Translations under genes and position numbers: made by a program
The notes under the pieces: generated by a model
Database searches by the model: none
The model's input: only the letters and a program-made list of their open reading frames with translations
Told to the model about the DNA's origin: nothing
In this document: in pieces, positions 47,583-57,627 of the stretch
How the letters are laid out: each line of letters opens with the position of its first letter
Numbering within the stretch: the stretch's first letter is position 1
Source of the DNA: an uncultured delta proteobacterium
Lineage (GTDB): Bacteria > Desulfobacterota > RBG-13-43-22
Direction: 5' to 3'
Assembly (NCBI GenBank): GCA_963790475.1
Contig: CAWBOS010000010.1
Location: 1,440,001 to 1,504,000 of the forward strand
Length of the DNA stretch: 64,000 nt

Positions 47583-48653
47583 TTATGATCCGCAACGGGA
47601 CCAGGAAACACGAATAACGGTCCCTTTCCCAATTCCGGATTCAAGATCAAAAGAGCCCGAAGAAAGTTGGGCTCTTTCTTTCATGGTGGAAAGACCCAAG
47701 CCTCTTCTGACCCTATCCTGTTCAAACCCTTGCCCGTTATCCTCAATCGTCAATTCTATTCTACCATTTCTTTCTTGAAGAGACAGGCCTACCAGATTGG
47801 CCTGGCTATGTTTGGCGATATTATTCAGGGCTTCCTGACAGACCCTATAGATCGCCGTTTTTAGGAAATCGGTTAACTCCCTTTCCGACAAGTCAATCTG
47901 TTTTTCCAAACGGATGTGCGAATAGGTTCTTTGGTACTCGCGGCAGAACCAGTTGATGGCCGGCACGATTCCCAGGTCATCCAAAAGAGAAGGGCGTAAA
48001 TCAGACATGATCCTGCGGGTTTCTTCGATGACGGATCGAACTCGGTCCAGGAGGTCTTTTAATCCCGCCTGGGTGTTTTCGTCCTGCTCCGTCCGGCCCA
48101 GGATTTTCTCAATACTGAATACGATGGCCCCCAAAGATCCGGCAACGCTGTCGTGAAGCTCCCCGGCAATTCTTTTTCTTTCCTTCTCCTGGGCGTTCAA
48201 AAGTTCTGATGAGAGATATCTGAGTTGTCTTTCTGATTCCTTCAACTGCTCTTCGGCCTGCTGATGCTCCTCCTTTTCTCTTAATTCCTGCAAAGCCCGG
48301 TTCATGGCCGGCACCAGTTTGGAAAGATTATCCTTGAGGATATAGTCGGTTGCTCCATTCTTAAGGGTTTCGATCGCCAGACCTTCCCCCATTTTTCCTG
48401 TAATAAAAATAAAGGGTAGTTCCGGGAATTTTTCCTGTGCAATTTTGAGGGCGGAGATGCCGTCGAAAGCGGGGAGAGAATAGTCGGCAAAGATCAGTTC
48501 AAAATCTTTCTGCGCAAGGGCATCGAGGAAAGCCGCCTGCGTATCAACCCGGACGATGTCGCAGGCCACCCCTTCCGAGATCAGCATTTCCCTTATCAGT
48601 TCCGCGTCTCTCAAATCATCTTCGAGATGGAGTATTCGCAATGATCCTTTCAT
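47583..48653 (-). CDS. Hybrid REC + HisKA_3 histidine kinase
   Basis: LHLEDD, DYSLP, RIAGELHD, LRPSLLDDLG, EALNNIAKH and DNGQGF motifs. Confidence 0.9.
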   Translation of the reverse strand: MKGSLRILHLEDDLRDAELIREMLISEGVACDIVRVDTQAAFLDALAQKDFELIFADYSLPAFDGISALKIAQEKFPELPFIFITGKMGEGLAIETLKNGATDYILKDNLSKLVPAMNRALQELREKEEHQQAEEQLKESERQLRYLSSELLNAQEKERKRIAGELHDSVAGSLGAIVFSIEKILGRTEQDENTQAGLKDLLDRVRSVIEETRRIMSDLRPSLLDDLGIVPAINWFCREYQRTYSHIRLEKQIDLSERELTDFLKTAIYRVCQEALNNIAKHSQANLVGLSLQERNGRIELTIEDNGQGFEQDRVRRGLGLSTMKERAQLSSGSFDLESGIGKGTVIRVSWSRCGS

Positions 48654-48751
48654 GGAATTACCTTTCTTGAGTATCGGAAGTGTCCAGTATTCTCCCGGGT
48701 GACCGGGAATTCAGGTCTCACAGAACAGGGCCTGGGAAATTACCCCGGCAC

Positions 48752-49213
48752 TTACGCCCTGCCCTTTCCCACGCTCCCCGGCGGCGGTTCATTGATCATT
48801 CCCCAGAATATACCGAGTCCTTTAACGGCGTTAATGAATTCATGGAAATCAACGGGTTTCACCACATAGGCATTAACCCCCAACTCATAGCATCTTCCCA
48901 AGTCTTCTTCCTGACGGGAGGAGGTCAGGACGATCACCGGAATTGTCTTTAATTCTTCATCCGCCTTTATCCGGGCCAGCACTTCCAACCCGCTGACCTT
49001 GGGAAGTTTCAGATCGAGCAAAATGGCCGCCGGATTGCCATCAATAAATGTTTCGAAGTTGCCGCTGCGGGATAGATAGGCCAGGGCTTCTTCACCGTCT
49101 CGGGCCACAACCACTTCGTTGACCAGATGGTATTCAGAGAGCGCTTCAAGAGTGAGTTCCACATCTTTAGGATCGTCTTCAACGAGTAAAATGCGTTTCA
49201 TTTCTTTCATCAT
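48752..49213 (-). CDS. Single-domain response regulator (Rcp1-like)
   Basis: LLVEDD, LLDLKLPKVSG, LTSS and YVVKP motifs. Confidence 0.9.
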   Translation of the reverse strand: MMKEMKRILLVEDDPKDVELTLEALSEYHLVNEVVVARDGEEALAYLSRSGNFETFIDGNPAAILLDLKLPKVSGLEVLARIKADEELKTIPVIVLTSSRQEEDLGRCYELGVNAYVVKPVDFHEFINAVKGLGIFWGMINEPPPGSVGKGRA

Positions 49214-49229
49214 TTTAAACTTAAACTCC

Positions 49230-50192
49230 TTATTTTGGAAGTGAAAATGAAAAAGTGGCCCCATGGTCTATTTTACCCTCAGCCCAGGTTTGGCCTCCAT
49301 GGCGATGAATGAGGCGCTGGACATTGGCCAGTCCGATGCCCGTTCCTTCAAAGTCCTCCTGACGGTGAAGGCGCTGGAACACGCCAAAAAGTTTGTCTTG
49401 ATATTTCGGATCGAACCCGACCCCGTTGTCCCGAACAAAAAATATAAATTCGTCCTTCTCGGGGATACACCCAATTTCGATTTCGGCTTCCGGCCTCGGC
49501 CGGGTAAACTTCACGGCATTGGAAATAAGATTGACGAACACCAGACGAAGCATTGAGCTGTCACAATAGACTTCCGGCAACTCCCCGACCTTCCAGGCAA
49601 TGTCTCTCTCTTCCGTTTCTTCTTGTAATTCCTTAAGAACTCCCTTTACCAGATCTCCTAAAGGGACCCTGTTCTTCTTCACTTCAGATCGGCCGATACG
49701 TGAAAAAGCTAAAAGGTCATCGATCAAAACCCCCATCTGCTTCGCCGATTCGGAAATGGTATCCAGATAATGGAGAGTAGTCTGATCAAGAACGGAGGAG
49801 GCCTTTTTTTGTAACATCATAGCAAATCCGGTGATATGCCGAAGCGGCGCGCGAAGATCATGAGATATAGAGTATGAAAAACCCTCCAGCTCTTTATTCG
49901 CGGCCTCAAGTTGCGCCGTCCGTTCCAGGAGCTCACGGTTGGCAACTTCCGCTTTGGATCGCTCCACATCAAAGTCTTCCAGGAGGTTCAACATGGCCCG
50001 CTGCGTCTCCTCAAACTGGGTCTTTTCCCCGGCAAAGTCTTCCAGGATGTTCACGGTGGCCCGCTGCATCTCCTCCAGACGGGCCTTCTCTTCCGCGAAG
50101 TCTTCCAGGATGTTGTGCATCGCCTTGGTGTAGTCTTTGATGTCCATGATCGCCGAGGCTACCGGCAATAGCTGAAGGGATTGAGCGATCAT
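49230..50192 (-). CDS. Cytoplasmic HisKA histidine kinase (BphP-like transmitter) with 3x NILEDF N-terminal repeats and no sensor domain
   Basis: FSYSISHDLRAPL, NLISNAVKF, DNGVGFD, FQRLH and GTGIGLA motifs; 63-bp repeats. Confidence 0.9.
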   Translation of the reverse strand: MIAQSLQLLPVASAIMDIKDYTKAMHNILEDFAEEKARLEEMQRATVNILEDFAGEKTQFEETQRAMLNLLEDFDVERSKAEVANRELLERTAQLEAANKELEGFSYSISHDLRAPLRHITGFAMMLQKKASSVLDQTTLHYLDTISESAKQMGVLIDDLLAFSRIGRSEVKKNRVPLGDLVKGVLKELQEETEERDIAWKVGELPEVYCDSSMLRLVFVNLISNAVKFTRPRPEAEIEIGCIPEKDEFIFFVRDNGVGFDPKYQDKLFGVFQRLHRQEDFEGTGIGLANVQRLIHRHGGQTWAEGKIDHGATFSFSLPK

Positions 50193-52639
50193 GGTTCGGC
50201 CCTCTCCATCGGCGTCCTCCTCTGCAGCGAATCATTTTCCTTCCGCAGCTCCTCAATCTCCTTCTTCAGGTCGATCATCTTGAGCTCCCGTCCGACCGTC
50301 AGCCTTTGAAACCTCTCCAGTTCCGCCAGCCGCTCCAGCTCACGCGTTCTCTGCTCTTCCCGGGCCCTCTGCTCAGCGAGCTTGGTCTCGGCCTCCTTCT
50401 GGGCCGTAACGTCACGAGCGGCGGCAAAGACGCCGAGAACATTGCCTTGCATGTCCCGGTACACCGAGGCGTTGTAAAGCACATTCGTGAGTCGTCCCTC
50501 CTTATGCCGGATGGTCAGGGGATAGTCGGTAACGAACCCCTTGGAAAAAACCTGCTCGTATCCCCGGCGCGCATTCTCGGGTTCCGTGAAGTAATCTGAA
50601 AAATCCGTCCCGATAAGCCGGTCTCGAGGAATACCGGTTGCTTTCACGGTCGCTTCATTGACGTCGGTGATCTTCCCTTCCGGGCTGATGGTGACCAGGG
50701 GATCAAGGCTCGCCTCAACCAGGGTTCTGGCATACTGGGAGGCTTGACGGATCTGTTCTTCGGCCTGTTTCTTTTCCGAAATGTCATTGCTCATCAGGAG
50801 ATATCCGATGGGGCGGCCCGAACCATCGATACGGCGGGTGACCACAACGCTGGCTATAAAACGGGAGCCGTCTTTCCGGACGCGCTCGAACTCGCCTTCC
50901 GACAGACCCTTTTCATAGGCAACCTTCAGCATTTTTTCCACGACCCCGGACTGAATATCTTCCGGCGTGTGAAGGATGCTCGACTCTTTGCCGATAATCT
51001 CTTCGGCCGCATAGCCGTAATTCCGCCGGGCCCCCTCGTTCCAGGAAAGGATGCGGTAGTTCAGATCTTTTCCGATGATAGAGTACTTGGTTGAGCTCTC
51101 CAGAATATTATCCAGAAAGTTTTTCGTCTCTGAGAACTCGCGCATGACGCGTTTCGATTCCGTTACGTCCCTGGCGGCGGCAAACACCCCCAGAACGTTA
51201 CCGCGCACGTCCTTATAGACCGAGGCGTTATAGAGGACGTCAACCAGAATCCCATCCCGGTGCCGGATGGTCAGAGGGTAATCGGTGACAAAACCCTTCT
51301 CGAAGACCTGCCGGTATCCTTCCCGGGCCTTCTCCGGCTCGGTAAAGTAGTCCGAGAAGTCCGTCCCGACCAGCCGGTCGCGTGGGACACCCGTCACTTT
51401 CACGGTCGCCTCATTGACGTCGGTGATCTTCCCTTCCGGGCTGATGGTCACCAGGGGGTCCAGGCTGGCCTCGATCAGGCTCCTGGCATATTCCGCAGCC
51501 TGCCGCTGGGCGGTGACGTCACGGGCCGCCGCAAAAACCCCCAGGACGTTGCCGGTGACGTCCTTGTAAACCGAGGCGTTATAGAGGACCTCGACCAATT
51601 TCCCATCCCGGTGCCGGATGGTCAGAGGGTAATCGGTGACAAAACCCTTCTCGAAGACCTGCTGGTATCCTTCCCGGGCCTTCTCCGGCTCGGTAAAGTA
51701 GTCCGAGAAGTCCATTCCCACCAGCCTGTCGCGCGGAATACCCGTCACTTTCACGGTCGCCTCATTGACGTCGGTGATCTTTCCTTCCGGACTGATGGTC
51801 ACCAGGGGGTCCAGGCTGGCCTCAACCAGACTCCTGGCATACTCCGCTGCCTGCCGCTGGGCCATAATGTCCCGGGCGGCGGCAAAGACGCCGAGGACAT
51901 GGCCTTGCATGTCCCGGTACACCGAGGCGTTATAGAGGACGTCCGTGAGTCGTCCGTCCTTGTGCCGGATGGTCAGCGGATAGTCGGTGACAAATCCTCT
52001 GGAGAAAACCTGCCGGTAGCCGTCACGCGCACTCTCCGGGTCGGTGAAGTAGTCCGAGAAGTCCGTTCCGATGAGCTTGTCGCGGGGAATACCCGTCACT
52101 TTCACGGTCGCCTCATTGACGTCGGTGATCTTTCCTTCCGGACTGATCGTGACCAGGGGGTCCAGGCTGGCCTCGATCAGGCTCCTGGCGTATTTCGAGG
52201 TCGCCTGCAACTTCTCATCGATGCGTTTACGTTCTGAAATATCCCGGGCGATGGACGAAGCGCCGATGAGCCTCCCTGAGGTATCGTGGATAGGCGAGAC
52301 GGTCAGGGAAACATGGATCAGCGTGCCGTCCTTACGTTTGCGAAGCGTCTCGTAGTGATCAACCCGCTCGCCCTGGCGGATTTTGGCCAGGATTTCTTCC
52401 ATTTCCATCGGTCGGTCCGGGGCGAGAAGGATAGTGACCGGCTGGCCGATAATTTCCTTCGCGGTATACCCGTACATTATTTCCGCAGCGCGGTTCCAAC
52501 TGGTAATAATCCCTTCCAGGGTTTTGCCGAAGACGGCATCATCGGAGGAATCCACGATGGAGGCCAGGAGTGCCGTCCGTCCCTCCTCTAACGGTGACAT
52601 GGCTCTGTCTTTTTTCTTCTTCTTACCGTTAACTTCCAT
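50189..52639 (-). CDS. Multi-PAS sensor protein (about 6 PAS domains) without an output domain
   Basis: Four near-identical EASLDPLVTISPEGKITDVN PAS units plus two other PAS domains; C-terminal GRELKMIDLKKEI coiled coil; RBS before ATG 52639. Confidence 0.85.
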   Translation of the reverse strand: MEVNGKKKKKDRAMSPLEEGRTALLASIVDSSDDAVFGKTLEGIITSWNRAAEIMYGYTAKEIIGQPVTILLAPDRPMEMEEILAKIRQGERVDHYETLRKRKDGTLIHVSLTVSPIHDTSGRLIGASSIARDISERKRIDEKLQATSKYARSLIEASLDPLVTISPEGKITDVNEATVKVTGIPRDKLIGTDFSDYFTDPESARDGYRQVFSRGFVTDYPLTIRHKDGRLTDVLYNASVYRDMQGHVLGVFAAARDIMAQRQAAEYARSLVEASLDPLVTISPEGKITDVNEATVKVTGIPRDRLVGMDFSDYFTEPEKAREGYQQVFEKGFVTDYPLTIRHRDGKLVEVLYNASVYKDVTGNVLGVFAAARDVTAQRQAAEYARSLIEASLDPLVTISPEGKITDVNEATVKVTGVPRDRLVGTDFSDYFTEPEKAREGYRQVFEKGFVTDYPLTIRHRDGILVDVLYNASVYKDVRGNVLGVFAAARDVTESKRVMREFSETKNFLDNILESSTKYSIIGKDLNYRILSWNEGARRNYGYAAEEIIGKESSILHTPEDIQSGVVEKMLKVAYEKGLSEGEFERVRKDGSRFIASVVVTRRIDGSGRPIGYLLMSNDISEKKQAEEQIRQASQYARTLVEASLDPLVTISPEGKITDVNEATVKATGIPRDRLIGTDFSDYFTEPENARRGYEQVFSKGFVTDYPLTIRHKEGRLTNVLYNASVYRDMQGNVLGVFAAARDVTAQKEAETKLAEQRAREEQRTRELERLAELERFQRLTVGRELKMIDLKKEIEELRKENDSLQRRTPMERAEP
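51130..52200 (-). repeat. Three tandem 351-bp intragenic PAS repeats (fourth copy at about 50400-50745)
   Basis: ACCAGGGGGTCCAGGCTGGCCTC at 51450, 51801 and 52152; boundaries approximate. Confidence 0.85.
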
Positions 52640-52682
52640 CGTATTTCCCTCCCTTGTCAGGATTTTTTCCGCCCAGAAATTC

Positions 52683-54752
52683 TCAGTCCTTTTTTTGACT
52701 TTGGATAGATCCGCTCCATATTGAAAGGCCGCCCCACTCCGCCCGAATAATCGTCCCCTTTCCCTCGGCCGATTCAAGGTCGAAAAATCCGCCCGATAGC
52801 TGAGCCCGTTCTCTCATGGTTGAAAGCCCCAGTCCCTTCCTGACCGTCTTGGGGTCAAACCCTTCCCCGTTATCCTTTATGATCAAGGTTATTTTTTCGG
52901 CCTTCTTTTGAAGAGAAATATTCACTAGGGAGGCCTGGCTGTATTTGGAGATATTATTCATGGCCTCCTGGGAAATTCGAAAAATCGGCGTTCTCAGAGG
53001 ATCGGGCACTTCCGATTCTAAAATTCCGATATGACTTTCCACGGAAATATGAGGATAAGTCTTTTGGTATTCCCGGCAGAACCAGCTCATAGCGGCCACG
53101 ATCCCCAGGTCATCCAGGACGGCCGGCCGCAGGTCGACCATGATCCGGCGAACTTCAGTAATGATCTCGGAAACTTTAGAGGCGAGGTCCTGCAGGGATT
53201 CAGTACTGCTCTCCCCTCGTTTCGTCTCCGCCGTTATTTTCTCAATTCCGATTTTCATCGCCGCCATGGAGGCTAAGGTGCTGTCATGCAGTTCCCCGGC
53301 AATCCTTTTCCTCTCTTCCTCCTGAATGGTCAGGGATTGGGAGGCAAAATATCGAACCTGGTCATGCGCCTTTTTTAAGTTTTCCTCGGCCTTCTTCCGC
53401 TCGGTGATATCAATATCCATCTCCAGGATCAGGGGCGATCCATCGGCATCGATAAAGGGAAAATCATAGGCATCAAGGATACTGCCGTCCGGAGTGGTGA
53501 CCTCCCAATGATGGGGTCTACCGGTTTCCAGAACTTGGTATGATTCACAGAAATCGCAGGGTCGGCTAAGTCCGAAACGATATTCATAGCAGCGCCGGCC
53601 GTCTGATTCTGCGAATTTCTCCCGAGAAGACCGGTTGGCAAAAGCTACGCCATAGTCGGGGGTCAACAGGCAGATCATAGCCGGCAGCGTTTCCAGAACG
53701 TCATAAAGGCGCCGGCGTTCGGCCTCGACTGCTTCGACCACCTGCCGGCGTGCCTCGCTCTGGCGCAATAACTCTTCGGTTCGCCGGCGCTCGGTGATGT
53801 CGCGGAAGACGAGCACAAGGCCGGTAATATTTCCCTCCCGGTCTTTTATGGGCGCGCCGCTGTCGTCAATCGGGACTTCTGTTCCGTCTTTCCTCACCAG
53901 GAGCGCGTTGTAGTCCGGACCGGCGATTATCCCTTCCCGGAGCACCTTGCAAACGGGGCCCTCGGCCCGGCAGCGGGTTTCCTGGTTGATGATGTTAAAG
54001 ACCTCCTCCACCGGCTTTTCCGCCGCTTGGCCAAGAGTCCAACCGGTAAGCCTTTCGGCCACGGCATTCATAAAGGTAACCCGGCCCTCAACATCGGTGG
54101 CGATGACCGCATCGCCGACACTGGACAAGATGGTGGCCCAGCGCTGTTCACTTTCCCGGAGGGCCGCTTCCGCCTGCAGACGCACGGCGATCTCTTCTTC
54201 GAGGCTTTTGTTGGAGACCTGCAGCTCGGCGGTGCGCTCCTTTACCAAATCCTCCAGGTGGACCTGGTAGGTGCGGAGCTGCCTTTCCTTGGATATCCTG
54301 TCCAGGGTGGTTCCGGCGATCCCGGTCAGGGCTAAGTAAAGGTTAAGTAACTCAGGTCGAACGGGAGTGGAAGACTTGTGGCCGATGAGGAGCACCGTCG
54401 TCGTCCGATTCGACTCGGGTAAGGGCAAAAAGAGGACCCCATAGGATTCGGAACCCAAGACCGTTTCGGTGGCCAGGAATCCGGTCTCCAGCACGTCATG
54501 GATGATCCCTTTGACCTTCTCCGACAAGATCCCCCCGGGCAGGTCTTCACCGCCCATGACCCGATTCTCAAGGGAGATCTTCCCCCCAGAGTCCAGCCGG
54601 GCAAAGGCGACCCACTCCGCCTTGAAATAACTGACGATGAGACGCCCAAACTCCTCGAGGATGTTTTGTTGAGCGGTGAGCCGGACGATATATTGCGCGG
54701 CCTTTATAAAACTTTCTACATATGGTCCTTGATAGGAAGGCTCTTCCGACAT
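52683..54752 (-). CDS. GAF-like/PAS/PAS HisKA_3 histidine kinase
   Basis: PAS (DAVIATD...FMNAVAERLTG), RIAGELHD, LRPAVLDDLG and DNGEGF motifs. Confidence 0.88.
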   Translation of the reverse strand: MSEEPSYQGPYVESFIKAAQYIVRLTAQQNILEEFGRLIVSYFKAEWVAFARLDSGGKISLENRVMGGEDLPGGILSEKVKGIIHDVLETGFLATETVLGSESYGVLFLPLPESNRTTTVLLIGHKSSTPVRPELLNLYLALTGIAGTTLDRISKERQLRTYQVHLEDLVKERTAELQVSNKSLEEEIAVRLQAEAALRESEQRWATILSSVGDAVIATDVEGRVTFMNAVAERLTGWTLGQAAEKPVEEVFNIINQETRCRAEGPVCKVLREGIIAGPDYNALLVRKDGTEVPIDDSGAPIKDREGNITGLVLVFRDITERRRTEELLRQSEARRQVVEAVEAERRRLYDVLETLPAMICLLTPDYGVAFANRSSREKFAESDGRRCYEYRFGLSRPCDFCESYQVLETGRPHHWEVTTPDGSILDAYDFPFIDADGSPLILEMDIDITERKKAEENLKKAHDQVRYFASQSLTIQEEERKRIAGELHDSTLASMAAMKIGIEKITAETKRGESSTESLQDLASKVSEIITEVRRIMVDLRPAVLDDLGIVAAMSWFCREYQKTYPHISVESHIGILESEVPDPLRTPIFRISQEAMNNISKYSQASLVNISLQKKAEKITLIIKDNGEGFDPKTVRKGLGLSTMRERAQLSGGFFDLESAEGKGTIIRAEWGGLSIWSGSIQSQKKD

Positions 54753-54755
54753 CGC

Positions 54756-56360
54756 TTAATTCCCGGCCATGGGTTGAAGAAAAAGACTCTCCAGGAATAG
54801 ATCCTCAAATTCGGGAACCTGAGAAAGATTGATGATTTTCGATTTCTCTCTTAAGCGCTGAAGACCATCGCCCTTTCCGTTTGACAAAAGGAGAAACTCA
54901 CATCCTCTCAGGGCGGCGTTACCACAGAGTTCAACACGTTCAGGGGAGATGAAAGGAAGCAAGCCGATTTCCTGGGCATTCCGGATATTCAAGTAATTGC
55001 CAAAACTGCCGCAAATAGAAATGCGTTGCAGTGACTCGGCACTCATCCGGGCGGATTTTAGCAAGAACCGCACTCCGGCGCCGATGGCGGCCTTGGCTCG
55101 TTGAAACAGGTCTATATCCCCGCCATCCAAAAAGAGACCCGGATTGTCCACCGACAAGACGAATCTCCTTTCCGGCAGTTCAGCAGTGATTCGTCCTTTT
55201 TTATCAACTTTTCCTGTTTTTGTCAAATAGGCGATGAGATCGACCAGACCGGAGCCGCAAAAGCCCTGGGCATTTTCATCGCCGATGACCTGGGCAGCCA
55301 GTCCCATCCCTTCGTTTTGTTCGATCTTATAAATCGCACCAGGTCCGGCCGGCATCCCGCATTTCATTCCGCTTCCCTCAAAAGCCGGTCCTCCGGCGGC
55401 CGAGGTGACCCACAAGCAGGTTCCATCCCATAGAGCGATCTCGGAATTGGTGCCGAAGTCAATCAAGAGACCGGCCGCGGTTTCGGTCAGACGGGTACTG
55501 AGCACACCGGCCAGAAGATCAGAACCAATAAAACCGGCCAGGGGTTGATGAAGATTGACCGAGACTTCAGCCCTTAAATTTACTGTCTCAAACCAGTTTT
55601 TTGTACTTTCGGGACGACAATCGATGGACCTCGTCCAGTATCGGGGTTGAGAAAGCAGGTCCAGGCCCTTTTCAGCCAGCAAAGCCGTCATGGCGGTATT
55701 GCCGACGATCGCTATGGTCCTTATCTTCCAGGGATCGTACCCTTCGCTTGAACACACCTCCAGAAGTCCTTCAGCCAGGCAGTCTTTTACGGTTTGGCTT
55801 ATTTCCCGGGCGGATTCCTTTGACTGGCTGGCCGCCTGCAGCCGGGTCATGACGTCGGAGCCATAACGCGACTGCCAATTAAGCCCCGAGACTGCCGACA
55901 GACGCTGGTTTCTGGAAATGTCCCACAAGGACAGGCTTACGGTCGTGGTTCCCAGGTCGATGGCCAGGCCATAAGCGGGATCATCGGGTTCCGCAGCCTT
56001 TTCCAATGATCGGTGGAGAGAAGTCCAATCCGGAATTTCACCCGGGTTCAGTTTTCGCCAGTTGGGCCGGGGGGCCGGTCTCAAGATCCTGATCCGGAGG
56101 TCATCGGCGCCGATCACCTGGCAGGCCAATCGAACTCCGTCCTGAAGCTCCTTTTCGGAAAGAAGAAGGGTCTCGTTTTTGGTAGGCCCTGGCACCCTGC
56201 CGGCCAAAACTTGAATGCGGCACAAACCGCATGCCCCTGATCCCCGGCAACCGGTTCGAACCCGCAGGTCAGTGGTGTCGAGCACTTCCCGCAATGACTT
56301 CCCTGGTGTAAAAGCGATCAAACGGTCTTTGGGGTTACTTAAAACCCAAAGAAGGGGCAT
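54756..56360 (-). CDS. RACo/RamA-like reductive activator of corrinoid proteins (2Fe-2S + ASKHA, DUF4445)
   Basis: CRGSGACGLC...RLACQ, IDLGTTT, GNTAM, IDFGTNSE, AAGGPAFEG, CGSG and GNAAL motifs. Confidence 0.9.
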   Translation of the reverse strand: MPLLWVLSNPKDRLIAFTPGKSLREVLDTTDLRVRTGCRGSGACGLCRIQVLAGRVPGPTKNETLLLSEKELQDGVRLACQVIGADDLRIRILRPAPRPNWRKLNPGEIPDWTSLHRSLEKAAEPDDPAYGLAIDLGTTTVSLSLWDISRNQRLSAVSGLNWQSRYGSDVMTRLQAASQSKESAREISQTVKDCLAEGLLEVCSSEGYDPWKIRTIAIVGNTAMTALLAEKGLDLLSQPRYWTRSIDCRPESTKNWFETVNLRAEVSVNLHQPLAGFIGSDLLAGVLSTRLTETAAGLLIDFGTNSEIALWDGTCLWVTSAAGGPAFEGSGMKCGMPAGPGAIYKIEQNEGMGLAAQVIGDENAQGFCGSGLVDLIAYLTKTGKVDKKGRITAELPERRFVLSVDNPGLFLDGGDIDLFQRAKAAIGAGVRFLLKSARMSAESLQRISICGSFGNYLNIRNAQEIGLLPFISPERVELCGNAALRGCEFLLLSNGKGDGLQRLREKSKIINLSQVPEFEDLFLESLFLQPMAGN

Positions 56361-56365
56361 CGGAG

Positions 56366-57379
56366 CTAACCTTGCTCGACCGAGGCCTGAACCAGGGCTT
56401 GGATATTTTCTTCTTTTGACTCCGGCGGGATCTCACAACCCGAAGAAAGGATAAAACCCCGGCGTCCGGCAAAGGACTGCATTAAGAGGGAGGCCTCGGC
56501 CTTGATTTCTTCGGGGTCTTCCTCAACAAAAGAAAGGGACTTGATGTTTCCATCAAGGCAGGTATGCGGGAGAAGGCTTTGGGCTTTTGTCGCTGTGATG
56601 TCATAATCAAAATTAGCAATATCAACATCGGCCTGAGGGTAGAATCCTAAGATCGACTGGACCGGACCGGCGATGTGCAGCCAGTTAGCCAGGGCGCCGG
56701 CCTTTTTGAAAGTCCCGAAAATCTTCTTCAGTCGGGGCAGTTCAAGCTCGCGAAAGATTTGGTAGGGCACCACGGCCGGGGAAGCGAAAGGATCAAAAAC
56801 GATCGGTAGATGAGCCCCGGCTTCGATCTGAGCCAGGCCGAAGCGGATAATCACGTCGGCGGCCAAGTCCACCAGGGTCCCTAACCGTTCGAGATCATCA
56901 ATGGCTAAGTAAAGGGTTTCTTCCGGGCCTAACAATTGGGCGGCCAGGGTGAGCGGGCCGGCGACACAGCCGACAATCAGAACTTCTTCACCAAGTTCTT
57001 GACTCATTATTTTTAAAGCTTTCAGCATCTCAGGCATGCGGCCCGTGCGTTCCGGGTCGGGTAAGGGGCATCCGTCCCAGGCACTGTTTTTATCAAACAC
57101 CGGCTGCTCGATCACCGGATATAAATTCTTCCGGTAGCGGATCCTGGCCCCTAATGCCTCATTTTCCACGTTCATATCCATAACCGAAAAGACCGCATCA
57201 TAGCCATATCGTTCCAGGGCTTTTATCTGGCAGCGGGCCAGCAATTCACCGTCTTGGACATAGTCCCCGAGAGCGACCCCGGCCATAACCCCGGCATGTC
57301 CGAAAACCTGAGCGATGACCGGCACTCGGTCGGATTCTTCAAATGCGGCCGCAGACCCAATCCGTTGGAGGCTGTTCAT
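56366..57379 (-). CDS. MtaA/CmuA-like (UroD-superfamily) methylcobalamin methyltransferase
   Basis: VENEALGA, GPLTLA, LHIAG, LDGNI and FILSSGCEIP motifs. Confidence 0.85.
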   Translation of the reverse strand: MNSLQRIGSAAAFEESDRVPVIAQVFGHAGVMAGVALGDYVQDGELLARCQIKALERYGYDAVFSVMDMNVENEALGARIRYRKNLYPVIEQPVFDKNSAWDGCPLPDPERTGRMPEMLKALKIMSQELGEEVLIVGCVAGPLTLAAQLLGPEETLYLAIDDLERLGTLVDLAADVIIRFGLAQIEAGAHLPIVFDPFASPAVVPYQIFRELELPRLKKIFGTFKKAGALANWLHIAGPVQSILGFYPQADVDIANFDYDITATKAQSLLPHTCLDGNIKSLSFVEEDPEEIKAEASLLMQSFAGRRGFILSSGCEIPPESKEENIQALVQASVEQG

Positions 57380-57627
57380 TGGCTTCTCCTTCGAGCAATA
57401 CCGGCGATGAAATCAGCCCCATCGAAAGCGGATTCAGCCACATAATCGACGTTCAACCACTCGGGCGAAAGCTGCTTCAGGGCCGCGCCCCCAGCGATAA
57501 TTTTCACCTGTTCGAGCTTTCGTTCTTTGAGGAGGGGTCTAACCTGTCTGACCAAGGAAGCAACGAGACTGATCAAGCCGCTGATGCCGACAGCAACCGG
57601 CTTTTCCCGTTCGACCGTGTCCACCAC
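57376..57627 (-). pseudogene. C-terminal remnant of a cobalamin-binding (corrinoid) protein
   Basis: KPVAVGISG, KIIAGGAA and DYVAESAFDG motifs; no DxHxxG motif or cap domain; in-frame stops just upstream. Confidence 0.72.

Noticed and set aside
49960-52200. CRISPR-like periodic repeats
   Set aside because: The repeats are in-frame coding duplications (63 and 351 bp) without unique spacers; no cas genes in the window
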